Assembly (NCBI RefSeq): GCF_009914755.1
Contig: NC_060947.1
Reading direction: 5' to 3' (one strand)
Source: the human T2T-CHM13v2.0 reference genome, Homo sapiens
Length of the DNA stretch: 64,000 bases
Part shown: in pieces, positions 38,601-52,864 of the stretch
Layout of the letters: the number at the start of each line of letters is the position of its first letter
Position numbering within the stretch: position 1 is the stretch's first letter
The notes under the pieces: generated by a model
Databases searched by the model: none
Seen by the model: only the letters and a program-made list of their open reading frames with translations
Told to the model about the DNA's origin: nothing
Translations under genes and position numbers: made by a program

Positions 38601-41600
38601 TGCAATCATCACTCAGAACTTTCTGAGAATGCTTCTCTTTAGTTTTTACGTGAACATATACCCGTTTCGAACGAAGGCCACCCAGTGGTCCAAATATCCA
38701 CTTACAGATTCTACAGAAAGAGTGTTTCGAACCTGAACTCTCAAAGGCAGGTTCATCTCTGCGAGTTAAATGCATTCGTCATGAAGAACTTTCTCAGCGT
38801 GTTTGTGTTTAGTTATGGGAAATTATTCCCGTTCCCAACGAAATCCTCAGAGAGGTCCAAATGTCCACCTGCAGATTCTACCAAAAGTGTATTTGGAAAC
38901 TGCTCCATCAACAGGAATGTTCAGCTCTGTGAGTGAAACTCCATCATCACAAAGAATATTCTGAGAATGCTTCCGTTTGCCTTTTATATGAAGTTCCTTC
39001 CTATACGACCGTAGGCCTCAAAGCAGTCCAAATCTCCATTTGCAGATTCTACAAAAAGAGTGATTCCAATCTGCTCTATCAATAGGATTGTTCAACTCCA
39101 TGAGTTGAATGCCATCCTCACAAAGTCGTTTCTGAGAATGCTTCTATCTAGTTTTTATGTGAAGATATTTCCTTTTCCACCACAGGCCTCAAAGCCCTCC
39201 AAACGTCCACTTGCAGATTCTCGAAAAAGAGTGTTTCATAGCTGCTCTTTCAAAAGGAAAGTTCAACTCTGGGAGTTGAATACAAACATCACAAAGTAGT
39301 TTCCGAGAATGCTTCTGTTTAGTTCTTCTGTGAAGATGATCCCGTTTCCAGTGAAATCTCCAAAGAGGTCCACATATCCCCTTGCAGATTCCAAAGAAAG
39401 AGGGTTTCAAAACTGCTCCATCAAAAGGATTGTTCAACTCTGTGAGTTGAATGCAGTCATCGCAGAAAACTTTCTGAGAATGCTTCTGTCTAGGTTTGAT
39501 GTGAAGATATAGACGTTTCAAACGAAGGCTACAAAGTGGTCAAAATATACACTTGCAGATTCTACAACAAGGGTGTTGCAAACCTGAACTATCAAAGGAA
39601 GGTTCAACTCTGTGGGTTGAATACAAACATCGCAAAGAATGTTCTGAGTTTGCTTCCGTTCAGTTATGGGAGGTTGATCCCGTTTCCAACGAAATCCTCA
39701 GAGAGGTCCAAATATCCCCTTGCAGATTTTACAAAACGTGTGTTTGGAAACTGCTCCATCATAACGAATGTTCAGCTCCCTGAGTTAAACTCCATCGTCA
39801 CAAAGAATTTTCTGAGAGTGCTACCGTCTAGTTTTTATATGAAGTTCTTTCCTTTACTACCACAGGCCTCAAAGCGGTCCAAATCTCCACTTGCAGATTC
39901 TACAAAAAGAGTGTCTGCAAACTGCTCTATCAAAAGGAATGTTCAACTCTGGGAGTTGAATGCAATCATCACAGAGCAGATTCTGAGAATGCTTCTATGT
40001 CGTTTTTAGGAGAAGATATTTCCTTTTCCAACACAGTCCTCCAAGCCCGCTAAATATCCACTTGCACATTGTAGAAAAAGTGTGTCGAAGCTGCGCTATC
40101 AAAGGGAAAGTTCAACTCTGTGAGGTGAATGCAAACATCCCAAAGAAGTTTCTGAGAATGCTTCCGTTTAGCTTTTAGGTGAAGATTATCCCGTTTGCAA
40201 CGAAATCTTCAAAGAGGTCCAAATATCCCCTTGCGGATCCCACAGAAAGAGTGTTTCGAAACTGCTGTTTCAAAAGGAATCTTCAACTCTGTGAGTTGAA
40301 TGCAATCATCACAAAGAAGTTTCTGACAATGCTTCTCTCTCGTCTTTCTGTGAAGATAAAGGAAAAGGCTTTCAGGCCTTTTCCACCACAGGCCTGAAAG
40401 CGCTCCAAATGTCCACTTGCAGATTCTGCCAAAAGAATATTTCAAAACTGCTCTATGAAAAGCAATGTTAAACTCTGTGGCTCGAACACAAACATCACAA
40501 AGCAGTTTCTGAGAATGCTTCAGTTTAGTTTTTCTGTGGAAATATTCCCGTTTCCAAAGAAATCTTCAAAGAGGTCCACGTATCCACTTACAGATTCTAC
40601 AAAAAGACAGTTTCAAAACTGCTCAATCAAAAGGAGGGTTCAACTGTGTGACTTGAATGCAATCATCACTCAGAAGTTTCTGAGAATGCTTCTCTTTAGT
40701 TTTTACGTGAACATATACCCGTTTCGAACGAAGGCCACCAAGTGGTCCAAATATCCACTTGCAGATTCTACAGAAAGAGTGTTTCGAACCTGAACTCTCA
40801 AAGGCAGGTTCATCTCTGCGAGTTAAATGCATTCGTCATGAAGAACTTTCTCAGAGTGTTTGTGTTTAGTTATGGGAAATTATTCCCGTTCCCAACAAAA
40901 TCCTCAGAGAGGTCCAAATGTCCACCTGCAGATTCTACCAAAAGTGTATTTGGAAACTGCTCCATCAACAGGCATGTTCAGCTCTGTGAGTGAAACTCCA
41001 TCATCACAAAGAATATTCTGAGAATGCTTCCGTTTGCCTTTTATATGAAGTTCCTTCCTATACGACCGTAGGCCTCAAAGCAGTCCAAATCTCCATTTGC
41101 AGATTCTACAAAAAGAGTGATTCCAATCTGCTCTATCAATAGGATTGTTCAACTCCATGAGTTGAATGCCATCCTCACAAAGTCGTTTCTGAGAATGCTT
41201 CTATCTAGTTTTTATGTGAAGATATTTCCTTTTCCACCACAGGCCTCAAAGCCCTCCAAACGTCCACTTGCAGATTCTCGAAAAAGAGTGTTTCATAGCT
41301 GCTCTTTCAAAAGGAAAGTTCAACTCTGGGAGTTGAATACAAACATCACAAAGTAGTTTCCGAGAATGCTTCTGTTTAGTTCTTATGTGAAGATGATCCC
41401 GTTTCCAGTGAAATCTTCAAAGACGTCCACATATCCCCTTGCAGATTCCAAAGAAAGAGGGTTTCAAAACTGCTCCATCAAAAGGATTGTTCAACTCTGT
41501 GAGTTGAATGCAGTCATCGCAGAAAACTTTCTGAGAATGCTTCTGTCTAGGTTTGATGTGAAGATATAGACGTTTCAAACGAAGGCTACAAAGTGGTCAA

Positions 41601-42161
41601 AATATACACTTGCAGATTCTACTACAAGGGTGTTGCAAACCTGAACTATCAAAGGAAGGTTCAACTCTGTGAGTTGAATACAAACATCGCAAAGAATGCT
41701 CTGAGTTTGCTTCCGTTCAGTTATGGGAAGTTGATCCCATTCCCAACGAAATCCTCAGAGAGGTCCAAATATCCCCTTGCAGATTCTACAAAACGTGTGT
41801 TTGGAAACTGCTCCATCATAAGGAATGTTCAGCTCTCTGAGTTAAACTCCATCGTCACAAAGAATTTTCTGAGAGTGCTACCGTCTAGTTTTTATATGAA
41901 GTTCTTTCCTTTACTACCACAGGCCTCAAAGCGGTCCAAATCTCCACTTGCAGATTCTACAAAAAGAGTGTCTGCAAACTGCTCTATCAAAAGGAATGTT
42001 CAACTCTGGGAGTTGAATGCAATCATCACAGAGCAGTTTCTGAGAATGCTTCTATGTCGTTTTTAGGAGAAGATATTTCCTTTTCCAACACAGTCCTCCA
42101 AGCCCGCTAAATATCCACTTGCACATTGTAGAAAAAGTGTGTCGAAGCTGCGCTATCAAAG
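29700..42161 (-). repeat. Three tandem copies of a two-HOR (4114-bp) unit, haplotype set A; left edge approximate
   Basis: Variant-bearing ORFs recur at 31308/35422/39536 and 33138/37252/41366; SNVs recur at 33511/37625/41739 and 32669/36783/40897. Confidence 0.88.
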
Positions 42162-42374
42162 GGAAAGTTCAACTCTGTGAGGTGAATGCAAACATCCCAA
42201 AGAAGTTTCTGAGAATGCTTCCGTTTAGCTTTTAGGTGAAGATTATCCCGTTTGCAACGAAATCTTCAAAGAGGTCCAAATATCCCCTTGCGGATCCCAC
42301 AGAAAGAGTGTTTCGAAACTGCTGTTTCAAAAGGAATCTTCAACTCTGTGAGTTGAATGCAATCATCACAAAGA

Positions 42375-45300
42375 GGTTTCTGACAATGCTTCTCTCTCGT
42401 CTTTCTGTGAAGATAAAGGAAAAGGCTTTCAGGCCTTTTCCACCACAGGCCTGAAAGCGCTCCAAATGTCCACTTGCAGATTCTGCCAAAAGAATATTTC
42501 AAAACTGCTCTATGAAAAGCAATGTTAAACTCTGCGACTCGAACACAAACATCACAAAGCAGTTTCTGAGAATGCTTCAGTTTAGTTTTTCTGTGGAAAT
42601 ATTCCCGTTTCCAAAGAAATCTTCAAAGAGGTCCACGTATCCACTTACAGATTCTACAAAAAGACAGTTTCAAAACTGCTCAATCAAAAGGAGGGTTCAA
42701 CTGTGTGACTTGAATGCAATCATCACTCAGAACTTTCTGAGAATGCTTCTCCTTAGTTTTTACATGAACATATACCCGTTTCGAACGAAGGCCACCCAGT
42801 GGTCCAAATATCCACTTGCAGATTCTACAGAAAGAGTGTTTCGAACCTGAACTCTCAAAGGCAGGTTCATCTCTGCGAGTTAAATGCATTCGTCATGAAG
42901 AACTTTCTCAGCGTGTTTGTGTTTAGTTATGGGAAATTATTCCCGTTCCCAACGAAATCCTCAGAGAGGTCCAAATGTCCACCTGCAGATTCTACCAAAA
43001 GTGTATTTGGAAACTGCTCCATCAACAGGAATGTTCAGCTCTGTGAGTGAAACTCCATCATCACAAAGAACATTCTGAGAATGCTTCCGTTTGCCTTTTA
43101 TATGAAGTTCCTTCCTATACGACCGTAGGCCTCAAAGCAGTCCAAATCTCCATTTGCAGATTCTACAAAAAGAGTGATTCCAATCTGCTCTATCAATAGG
43201 ATTGTTCAACTCCATGAGTTGAATGCCATCCTCACAAAGTCGTTTCTGAGAATGCTTCTATCTAGTTTTTATGTGAAGATATTTCCTTTTCCACCACAGG
43301 CCTCAAAGCCCTCCAAACGTCCACTTGCAGATTCTCGAAAAAGAGTGTTTCATAGCTGCTCTTTCAAAAGGAAAGTTCAACTCTGGGAGTTGAATACAAA
43401 CATCACAAAGTAGTTTCCGAGAATGCTTCTGTTTAGTTCTTATGTGAAGATGATCCCGTTTCCAGTGAAATCTTCAAAGAGGTCCACATATCCCCTTGCA
43501 GATTCCAAAGAAAGAGGGTTTCAAAACTGCTCCATCAAAAGGATTGTTCAACTCTGTGAGTTGAATGCAGTCATCGCAGAAAACTTTCTGAGAATGCTTC
43601 TGTCTAGGTTTGATGTGAAGATATAGACGTTTCAAACGAAGGCTACAAAGTGGTCAAAATATACACTTGCAGATTCTACTACAAGGGTGTTGCAAACCTG
43701 AACTATCAAAGGAAGGTTCAACTCTGTGAGTTGAATACAAACATCGCAAAGAATGCTCTGAGTTTGCTTCCATTCAGTTATGGGAAGTTGATCCCGTTCC
43801 CAACGAAATCCTCAGAGAGGTCCAAATATCCCCTTGCAGATTCTACAAAACGTGTGTTTGGAAACTGCTCCATCATAACGAATGTTCAGCTCTCTGAGTT
43901 AAACTCCATCGTCACAAAGAATTTTCTGAGAGTGCTACCGTCTAGTTTTTATATGAAGTTCTTTCCTTTACTACCACAGGCCTCAAAGCGGTCCAAATCT
44001 CCACTTGCAGATTCTACAAAAAGAGTGTCTGCAAACTGCTCTATCAAAAGGAATGTTCAACTCTGGGAGTTGAATGCAATCATCACAGAGCAGTTTCTGA
44101 GAATGCTTCTATGTCGTTTTTAGGAGAAGATATTTCCTTTTCCAACACAGTCCTCCAAGCCCGCTAAATATCCACTTGCACATTGTAGAAAAAGTGTGTC
44201 AAAGCTGCGCTATCAAAGGGAAAGTTCAACTCTGTGAGGTGAATGCAAACATCCCAAAGAAGTTTCTGAGAATGCTTCCGTTTAGCTTTTAGGTGAAGAT
44301 TATCCCGTTTGCAACGAAATCTTCAAAGAGGTCCAAATATCCCCTTGCGGATCCCACAGAAAGAGTGTTTCGAAACTGCTGTTTCAAAAGGAATCTTCAA
44401 CTCTGTGAGTTGAATGCAATCATCACAAAGAAGTTTCTGACAATGCTTCTCTCTCGTCTTTCTGTGAAGATAAAGGAAAAGGCTTTCAGGCCTTTTCCAC
44501 CACAGGCCTGAAAGCGCTCCAAATGTCCACTTGCAGATTCTGCCAAAAGAATATTTCAAAACTGCTCTATGAAAAGCAATGTTAAACTCTGCGGCTCGAA
44601 CACAAACATCACAAAGCAGTTTCTGTGAATGCTTCAGTTTAGTTTTTCTGTGGAAATATTCCCGTTTCCAAAGAAATCTTCAAAGAGGTCCACGTATCCA
44701 CTTACAGATTCTACAAAAAGACAGTTTCAAAACTGCTCAATCAAAAGGAGGGTTCAACTGTGTGACTTGAATGCAATCATCACTCAGAAGTTTCTGAGAA
44801 TGCTTCTCTTTAGTTTTTACGTGAACATATACCCGTTTCGAACGAAGGCCACCCAGTGGTCCAAATATCCACTTGCAGATTCTACAGAAAGAGTGTTTCG
44901 AACCTGAACTCTCAAAGGCAGGTTCATCTCTGCGAGTTAAATGCATTCATCATGAAGAACTTTCTCAGAGTGTTTGTGTTTAGTTATGGGAAATTATTCC
45001 CGTTCCCAACGAAATCCTCAGAGAGGTCCAAATGTCCACCTGCAGATTCTACCAAAAGTGTATTTGGAAACTGCTCCATCAACAGGAATGTTCAGCTCTG
45101 TGAGTGAAACTCCATCATCACAAAGAATATTCTGAGAATGCTTCCGTTTGCCTTTTATATGAAGTTCCTTCCTATACGACCGTAGGCCTCAAAGCAGTCC
45201 AAATCTCCATTTGCAGATTCTACAAAAAGAGTGATTCCAATCTGCTCTATCAATAGGATTGTTCAACTCCATGAGTTGAATGCCATCCTCACAAAGTCGT

Positions 45301-48300
45301 TTCTGAGAATGCTTCTATCTAGTTTTTATGTGAAGATATTTCCTTTTCGACCACAGGCCTCAAAGCCCTCCAAACGTCCACTTGCAGATTCTCGAAAAAG
45401 AGTGTTTCATAGCTGCTCTTTCAAAAGGAAAGTTCAACTCTGGGAGTTGAATACAAACATCACAAAGTAGTTTCCGAGAATGCTTCTGTTTAGTTCTTAT
45501 GTGAAGATGATCCCGTTTCCAGTGAAATCTTCAAAGAGGTCCACATATCCCCTTGCAGATTCCAAAGAAAGAGGGTTTCAAAACTGCTCCATCAAAAGGA
45601 TTGTTCAACTCTGTGAGTTGAATGCAGTCATCGCAGAAAACTTTCTGAGAATGATTCTGTCTAGGTTTCATGTGAAGATATAGACGTTTCAAACGAAGGC
45701 TACAAAGTGGTCAAAATATACACTTGCAGATTCTACTACAAGGGTGTTGCAAACCTGAACTATCAAAGGAAGGTTCAACTCTGTGAGTTGAATACAAACA
45801 TCACAAAGAATGTTCTGAGTTTGCTTCCGTTCAGTTATGGGAAGTTGATCCCGTTCCCAACGAAATCCTCAGAGAGGTCCAAATAACCCCTTGCAGATTC
45901 TACAAAACGTGTGTTTGGAAACTGCTCCATCATAACGAATGTTCAGCTCTCTGAGTTAAACTCCATCCTCACAAAGAATTTTCTGAGAGTGCTACCGTCT
46001 AGTTTTTATATGAAGTTCTTTCCTTTACTACCACAGGCCTCAAAGCGGTCCAAATCTCCACTTGCAGATTCTACAAAAAGAGAGTCTGCAAACTGCTCTA
46101 TCAAAAGGAATGCTCAACTCTGGGAGTTGAATGCAATCATCACAGAGCAGTTTCTGAGAATGCTTCTATGTCGTTTTTAGGAAAAGATATTTCCTTTTCC
46201 AACACAGTCCTCCAAGCCCGCTAAATATCCACTTGCACATTGTAGAAAAAGTGTGTCGAAGCTGCGCTATCAAAAGGAAAGTTCAACTCTGTGAGGTGAA
46301 TGCAAACATCCCAAAGAAGTTTCTGAGAATGCTTCCGTTTAGCTTTTAGGTGAAGATTATCCCGTTTGCAACGAAATCTTCAAAGAGGTCCAAATATCCC
46401 CTTGCGGATCCCACAGAAAGAGTGTTTCGAAACTGCTGTTTCAAAAGGAATCTTCAACTCTGTGAGTTGAATGCAATCATCACAAAGAGGTTTCTGACAA
46501 TGCTTCTCTCTCGTCTTTCTGTGAAGATAAAGGAAAAGGCTTTCAGGCCTTTTCCACCACAGGCCTGAAAGCGCTCCAAATGTCCACTTGCAGATTCTGC
46601 CAAAAGAATATTTCAAAACTGCTCTATGAAAAGCAATGTTAAACTCTGCGACTCGAACACAAACATCACAAAGCAGTTTCTGAGAATGCTTCAGTTTAGT
46701 TTTTCTGTGGAAATATTCCCGTTTCCAAAGAAATCTTCAAAGAGGTCCACGTATCCACTTACAGATTCTACAAAAAGACAGTTTCAAAACTGCTCAATCA
46801 AAAGGAGGGTTCAACTGTGTGACTTGAATGCAATCATCACTCAGAACTTTCTGAGAATGCTTCTCCTTAGTTTTTACATGAACATATACCCGTTTCGAAC
46901 GAAGGCCACCCAGTGGTCCAAATATCCACTTGCAGATTCTACAGAAAGAGTGTTTCGAACCTGAACTCTCAAAGGCAGGTTCATCTCTGCGAGTTAAATG
47001 CATTCGTCATGAAGAACTTTCTCAGCGTGTTTGTGTTTAGTTATGGGAAATTATTCCCGTTCCCAACGAAATCCTCAGAGAGGTCCAAATGTCCACCTGC
47101 AGATTCTACCAAAAGTGTATTTGGAAACTGCTCCATCAACAGGAATGTTCAGCTCTGTGAGTGAAACTCCATCATCACAAAGAACATTCTGAGAATGCTT
47201 CCGTTTGCCTTTTATATGAAGTTCCTTCCTATACGACCGTAGGCCTCAAAGCAGTCCAAATCTCCATTTGCAGATTCTACAAAAAGAGTGATTCCAATCT
47301 GCTCTATCAATAGGATTGTTCAACTCCATGAGTTGAATGCCATCCTCACAAAGTCGTTTCTGAGAATGCTTCTATCTAGTTTTTATGTGAAGATATTTCC
47401 TTTTCCACCACAGGCCTCAAAGCCCTCCAAACGTCCACTTGCAGATTCTCGAAAAAGAGTGTTTCATAGCTGCTCTTTCAAAAGGAAAGTTCAACTCTGG
47501 GAGTTGAATACAAACATCACAAAGTAGTTTCCGAGAATGCTTCTGTTTAGTTCTTATGTGAAGATGATCCCGTTTCCAGTGAAATCTTCAAAGAGGTCCA
47601 CATATCCCCTTGCAGATTCCAAAGAAAGAGGGTTTCAAAACTGCTCCATCAAAAGGATTGTTCAACTCTGTGAGTTGAATGCAGTCATCGCAGAAAACTT
47701 TCTGAGAATGCTTCTGTCTAGGTTTGATGTGAAGATATAGACGTTTCAAACGAAGGCTACAAAGTGGTCAAAATATACACTTGCAGATTCTACTACAAGG
47801 GTGTTGCAAACCTGAACTATCAAAGGAAGGTTCAACTCTGTGAGTTGAATACAAACATCGCAAAGAATGCTCTGAGTTTGCTTCCATTCAGTTATGGGAA
47901 GTTGATCCCGTTCCCAACGAAATCCTCAGAGAGGTCCAAATATCCCCTTGCAGATTCTACAAAACGTGTGTTTGGAAACTGCTCCATCATAACGAATGTT
48001 CAGCTCTCTGAGTTAAACTCCATCGTCACAAAGAATTTTCTGAGAGTGCTACCGTCTAGTTTTTATATGAAGTTCTTTCCTTTACTACCACAGGCCTCAA
48101 AGCGGTCCAAATCTCCACTTGCAGATTCTACAAAAAGAGTGTCTGCAAACTGCTCTATCAAAAGGAATGTTCAACTCTGGGAGTTGAATGCAATCATCAC
48201 AGAGCAGTTTCTGAGAATGCTTCTATGTCGTTTTTAGGAGAAGATATTTCCTTTTCCAACACAGTCCTCCAAGCCCGCTAAATATCCACTTGCACATTGT

Positions 48301-51300
48301 AGAAAAAGTGTGTCAAAGCTGCGCTATCAAAGGGAAAGTTCAACTCTGTGAGGTGAATGCAAACATCCCAAAGAAGTTTCTGAGAATGCTTCCGTTTAGC
48401 TTTTAGGTGAAGATTATCCCGTTTGCAACGAAATCTTCAAAGAGGTCCAAATATCCCCTTGCGGATCCCACAGAAAGAGTGTTTCGAAACTGCTGTTTCA
48501 AAAGGAATCTTCAACTCTGTGAGTTGAATGCAATCATCACAAAGAAGTTTCTGACAATGCTTCTCTCTCGTCTTTCTGTGAAGATAAAGGAAAAGGCTTT
48601 CAGGCCTTTTCCACCACAGGCCTGAAAGCGCTCCAAATGTCCACTTGCAGATTCTGCCAAAAGAATATTTCAAAACTGCTCTATGAAAAGCAATGTTAAA
48701 CTCTGCGGCTCGAACACAAACATCACAAAGCAGTTTCTGTGAATGCTTCAGTTTAGTTTTTCTGTGGAAATATTCCCGTTTCCAAAGAAATCTTCAAAGA
48801 GGTCCACGTATCCACTTACAGATTCTACAAAAAGACAGTTTCAAAACTGCTCAATCAAAAGGAGGGTTCAACTGTGTGACTTGAATGCAATCATCACTCA
48901 GAAGTTTCTGAGAATGCTTCTCTTTAGTTTTTACGTGAACATATACCCGTTTCGAACGAAGGCCACCCAGTGGTCCAAATATCCACTTGCAGATTCTACA
49001 GAAAGAGTGTTTCGAACCTGAACTCTCAAAGGCAGGTTCATCTCTGCGAGTTAAATGCATTCATCATGAAGAACTTTCTCAGAGTGTTTGTGTTTAGTTA
49101 TGGGAAATTATTCCCGTTCCCAACGAAATCCTCAGAGAGGTCCAAATGTCCACCTGCAGATTCTACCAAAAGTGTATTTGGAAACTGCTCCATCAACAGG
49201 AATGTTCAGCTCTGTGAGTGAAACTCCATCATCACAAAGAATATTCTGAGAATGCTTCCGTTTGCCTTTTATATGAAGTTCCTTCCTATACGACCGTAGG
49301 CCTCAAAGCAGTCCAAATCTCCATTTGCAGATTCTACAAAAAGAGTGATTCCAATCTGCTCTATCAATAGGATTGTTCAACTCCATGAGTTGAATGCCAT
49401 CCTCACAAAGTCGTTTCTGAGAATGCTTCTATCTAGTTTTTATGTGAAGATATTTCCTTTTCGACCACAGGCCTCAAAGCCCTCCAAACGTCCACTTGCA
49501 GATTCTCGAAAAAGAGTGTTTCATAGCTGCTCTTTCAAAAGGAAAGTTCAACTCTGGGAGTTGAATACAAACATCACAAAGTAGTTTCCGAGAATGCTTC
49601 TGTTTAGTTCTTATGTGAAGATGATCCCGTTTCCAGTGAAATCTTCAAAGAGGTCCACATATCCCCTTGCAGATTCCAAAGAAAGAGGGTTTCAAAACTG
49701 CTCCATCAAAAGGATTGTTCAACTCTGTGAGTTGAATGCAGTCATCGCAGAAAACTTTCTGAGAATGATTCTGTCTAGGTTTCATGTGAAGATATAGACG
49801 TTTCAAACGAAGGCTACAAAGTGGTCAAAATATACACTTGCAGATTCTACTACAAGGGTGTTGCAAACCTGAACTATCAAAGGAAGGTTCAACTCTGTGA
49901 GTTGAATACAAACATCACAAAGAATGTTCTGAGTTTGCTTCCGTTCAGTTATGGGAAGTTGATCCCGTTCCCAACGAAATCCTCAGAGAGGTCCAAATAA
50001 CCCCTTGCAGATTCTACAAAACGTGTGTTTGGAAACTGCTCCATCATAACGAATGTTCAGCTCTCTGAGTTAAACTCCATCCTCACAAAGAATTTTCTGA
50101 GAGTGCTACCGTCTAGTTTTTATATGAAGTTCTTTCCTTTACTACCACAGGCCTCAAAGCGGTCCAAATCTCCACTTGCAGATTCTACAAAAAGAGTGTC
50201 TGCAAACTGCTCTATCAAAAGGAATGCTCAACTCTGGGAGTTGAATGCAATCATCACAGAGCAGTTTCTGAGAATGCTTCTATGTCGTTTTTAGGAAAAG
50301 ATATTTCCTTTTCCAACACAGTCCTCCAAGCCCGCTAAATATCCACTTGCACATTGTAGAAAAAGTGTGTCGAAGCTGCGCTATCAAAAGGAAAGTTCAA
50401 CTCTGTGAGGTGAATGCAAACATCCCAAAGAAGTTTCTGAGAATGCTTCCGTTTAGCTTTTAGGTGAAGATTATCCCGTTTGCAACGAAATCTTCAAAGA
50501 GGTCCAAATATCCCCTTGCGGATCCCACAGAAAGAGTGTTTCGAAACTGCTGTTTCAAAAGGAATCTTCAACTCTGTGAGTTGAATGCAATCATCACAAA
50601 GAGGTTTCTGACAATGCTTCTCTCTCGTCTTTCTGTGAAGATAAAGGAAAAGGCTTTCAGGCCTTTTCCACCACAGGCCTGAAAGCGCTCCAAATGTCCA
50701 CTTGCAGATTCTGCCAAAAGAATATTTCAAAACTGCTCTATGAAAAGCAATGTTAAACTCTGCGACTCGAACACAAACATCACAAAGCAGTTTCTGAGAA
50801 TGCTTCAGTTTAGTTTTTCTGTGGAAATATTCCCGTTTCCAAAGAAATCTTCAAAGAGGTCCACGTATCCACTTACAGATTCTACAAAAAGACAGTTTCA
50901 AAACTGCTCAATCAAAAGGAGGGTTCAACTGTGTGACTTGAATGCAATCATCACTCAGAACTTTCTGAGAATGCTTCTCCTTAGTTTTTACATGAACATA
51001 TACCCGTTTCGAACGAAGGCCACCCAGTGGTCCAAATATCCACTTGCAGATTCTACAGAAAGAGTGTTTCGAACCTGAACTCTCAAAGGCAGGTTCATCT
51101 CTGCGAGTTAAATGCATTCGTCATGAAGAACTTTCTCAGCGTGTTTGTGTTTAGTTATGGGAAATTATTCCCGTTCCCAACGAAATCCTCAGAGAGGTCC
51201 AAATGTCCACCTGCAGATTCTACCAAAAGTGTATTTGGAAACTGCTCCATCAACAGGAATGTTCAGCTCTGTGAGTGAAACTCCATCATCACAAAGAACA

Positions 51301-52429
51301 TTCTGAGAATGCTTCCGTTTGCCTTTTATATGAAGTTCCTTCCTATACGACCGTAGGCCTCAAAGCAGTCCAAATCTCCATTTGCAGATTCTACAAAAAG
51401 AGTGATTCCAATCTGCTCTATCAATAGGATTGTTCAACTCCATGAGTTGAATGCCATCCTCACAAAGTCGTTTCTGAGAATGCTTCTATCTAGTTTTTAT
51501 GTGAAGATATTTCCTTTTCCACCACAGGCCTCAAAGCCCTCCAAACGTCCACTTGCAGATTCTCGAAAAAGAGTGTTTCATAGCTGCTCTTTCAAAAGGA
51601 AAGTTCAACTCTGGGAGTTGAATACAAACATCACAAAGTAGTTTCCGAGAATGCTTCTGTTTAGTTCTTATGTGAAGATGATCCCGTTTCCAGTGAAATC
51701 TTCAAAGAGGTCCACATATCCCCTTGCAGATTCCAAAGAAAGAGGGTTTCAAAACTGCTCCATCAAAAGGATTGTTCAACTCTGTGAGTTGAATGCAGTC
51801 ATCGCAGAAAACTTTCTGAGAATGCTTCTGTCTAGGTTTGATGTGAAGATATAGACGTTTCAAACGAAGGCTACAAAGTGGTCAAAATATACACTTGCAG
51901 ATTCTACTACAAGGGTGTTGCAAACCTGAACTATCAAAGGAAGGTTCAACTCTGTGAGTTGAATACAAACATCGCAAAGAATGCTCTGAGTTTGCTTCCA
52001 TTCAGTTATGGGAAGTTGATCCCGTTCCCAACGAAATCCTCAGAGAGGTCCAAATATCCCCTTGCAGATTCTACAAAACGTGTGTTTGGAAACTGCTCCA
52101 TCATAACGAATGTTCAGCTCTCTGAGTTAAACTCCATCGTCACAAAGAATTTTCTGAGAGTGCTACCGTCTAGTTTTTATATGAAGTTCTTTCCTTTACT
52201 ACCACAGGCCTCAAAGCGGTCCAAATCTCCACTTGCAGATTCTACAAAAAGAGTGTCTGCAAACTGCTCTATCAAAAGGAATGTTCAACTCTGGGAGTTG
52301 AATGCAATCATCACAGAGCAGTTTCTGAGAATGCTTCTATGTCGTTTTTAGGAGAAGATATTTCCTTTTCCAACACAGTCCTCCAAGCCCGCTAAATATC
52401 CACTTGCACATTGTAGAAAAAGTGTGTCA
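42375..52429 (-). repeat. About 2.5 tandem copies of a different two-HOR (4114-bp) unit, haplotype set B
   Basis: SNVs recur at 42375/46489/50603, 42537/46651/50765, 43772/47886/52000, 44201/48315/52429 and 44626/48740. Confidence 0.88.
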
Positions 52430-52864
52430 AAGCTGCGCTATCAAAGGGAAAGTTCAACTCTGTGAGGTGAATGCAAACATCCCAAAGAAGTTTCTGAGAA
52501 TGCTTCCGTTTAGCTTTTAGGTGAAGATTATCCCGTTTGCAACGAAATCTTCAAAGAGGTCCAAATATCCCCTTGCGGATCCCACAGAAAGAGTGTTTCG
52601 AAACTGCTGTTTCAAAAGGAATCTTCAACTCTGTGAGTTGAATGCAATCATCACAAAGAAGTTTCTGACAATGCTTCTCTCTCGTCTTTCTGTGAAGATA
52701 AAGGAAAAGGCTTTCAGGCCTTTTCCACCACAGGCCTGAAAGCGCTCCAAATGTCCACTTGCAGATTCTGCCAAAAGAATATTTCAAAACTGCTCTATGA
52801 AAAGCAATGTCAAACTCTGCGGCTCGAACACAAACATCACAAAGCAGTTTCTGAGAATGCTTCA

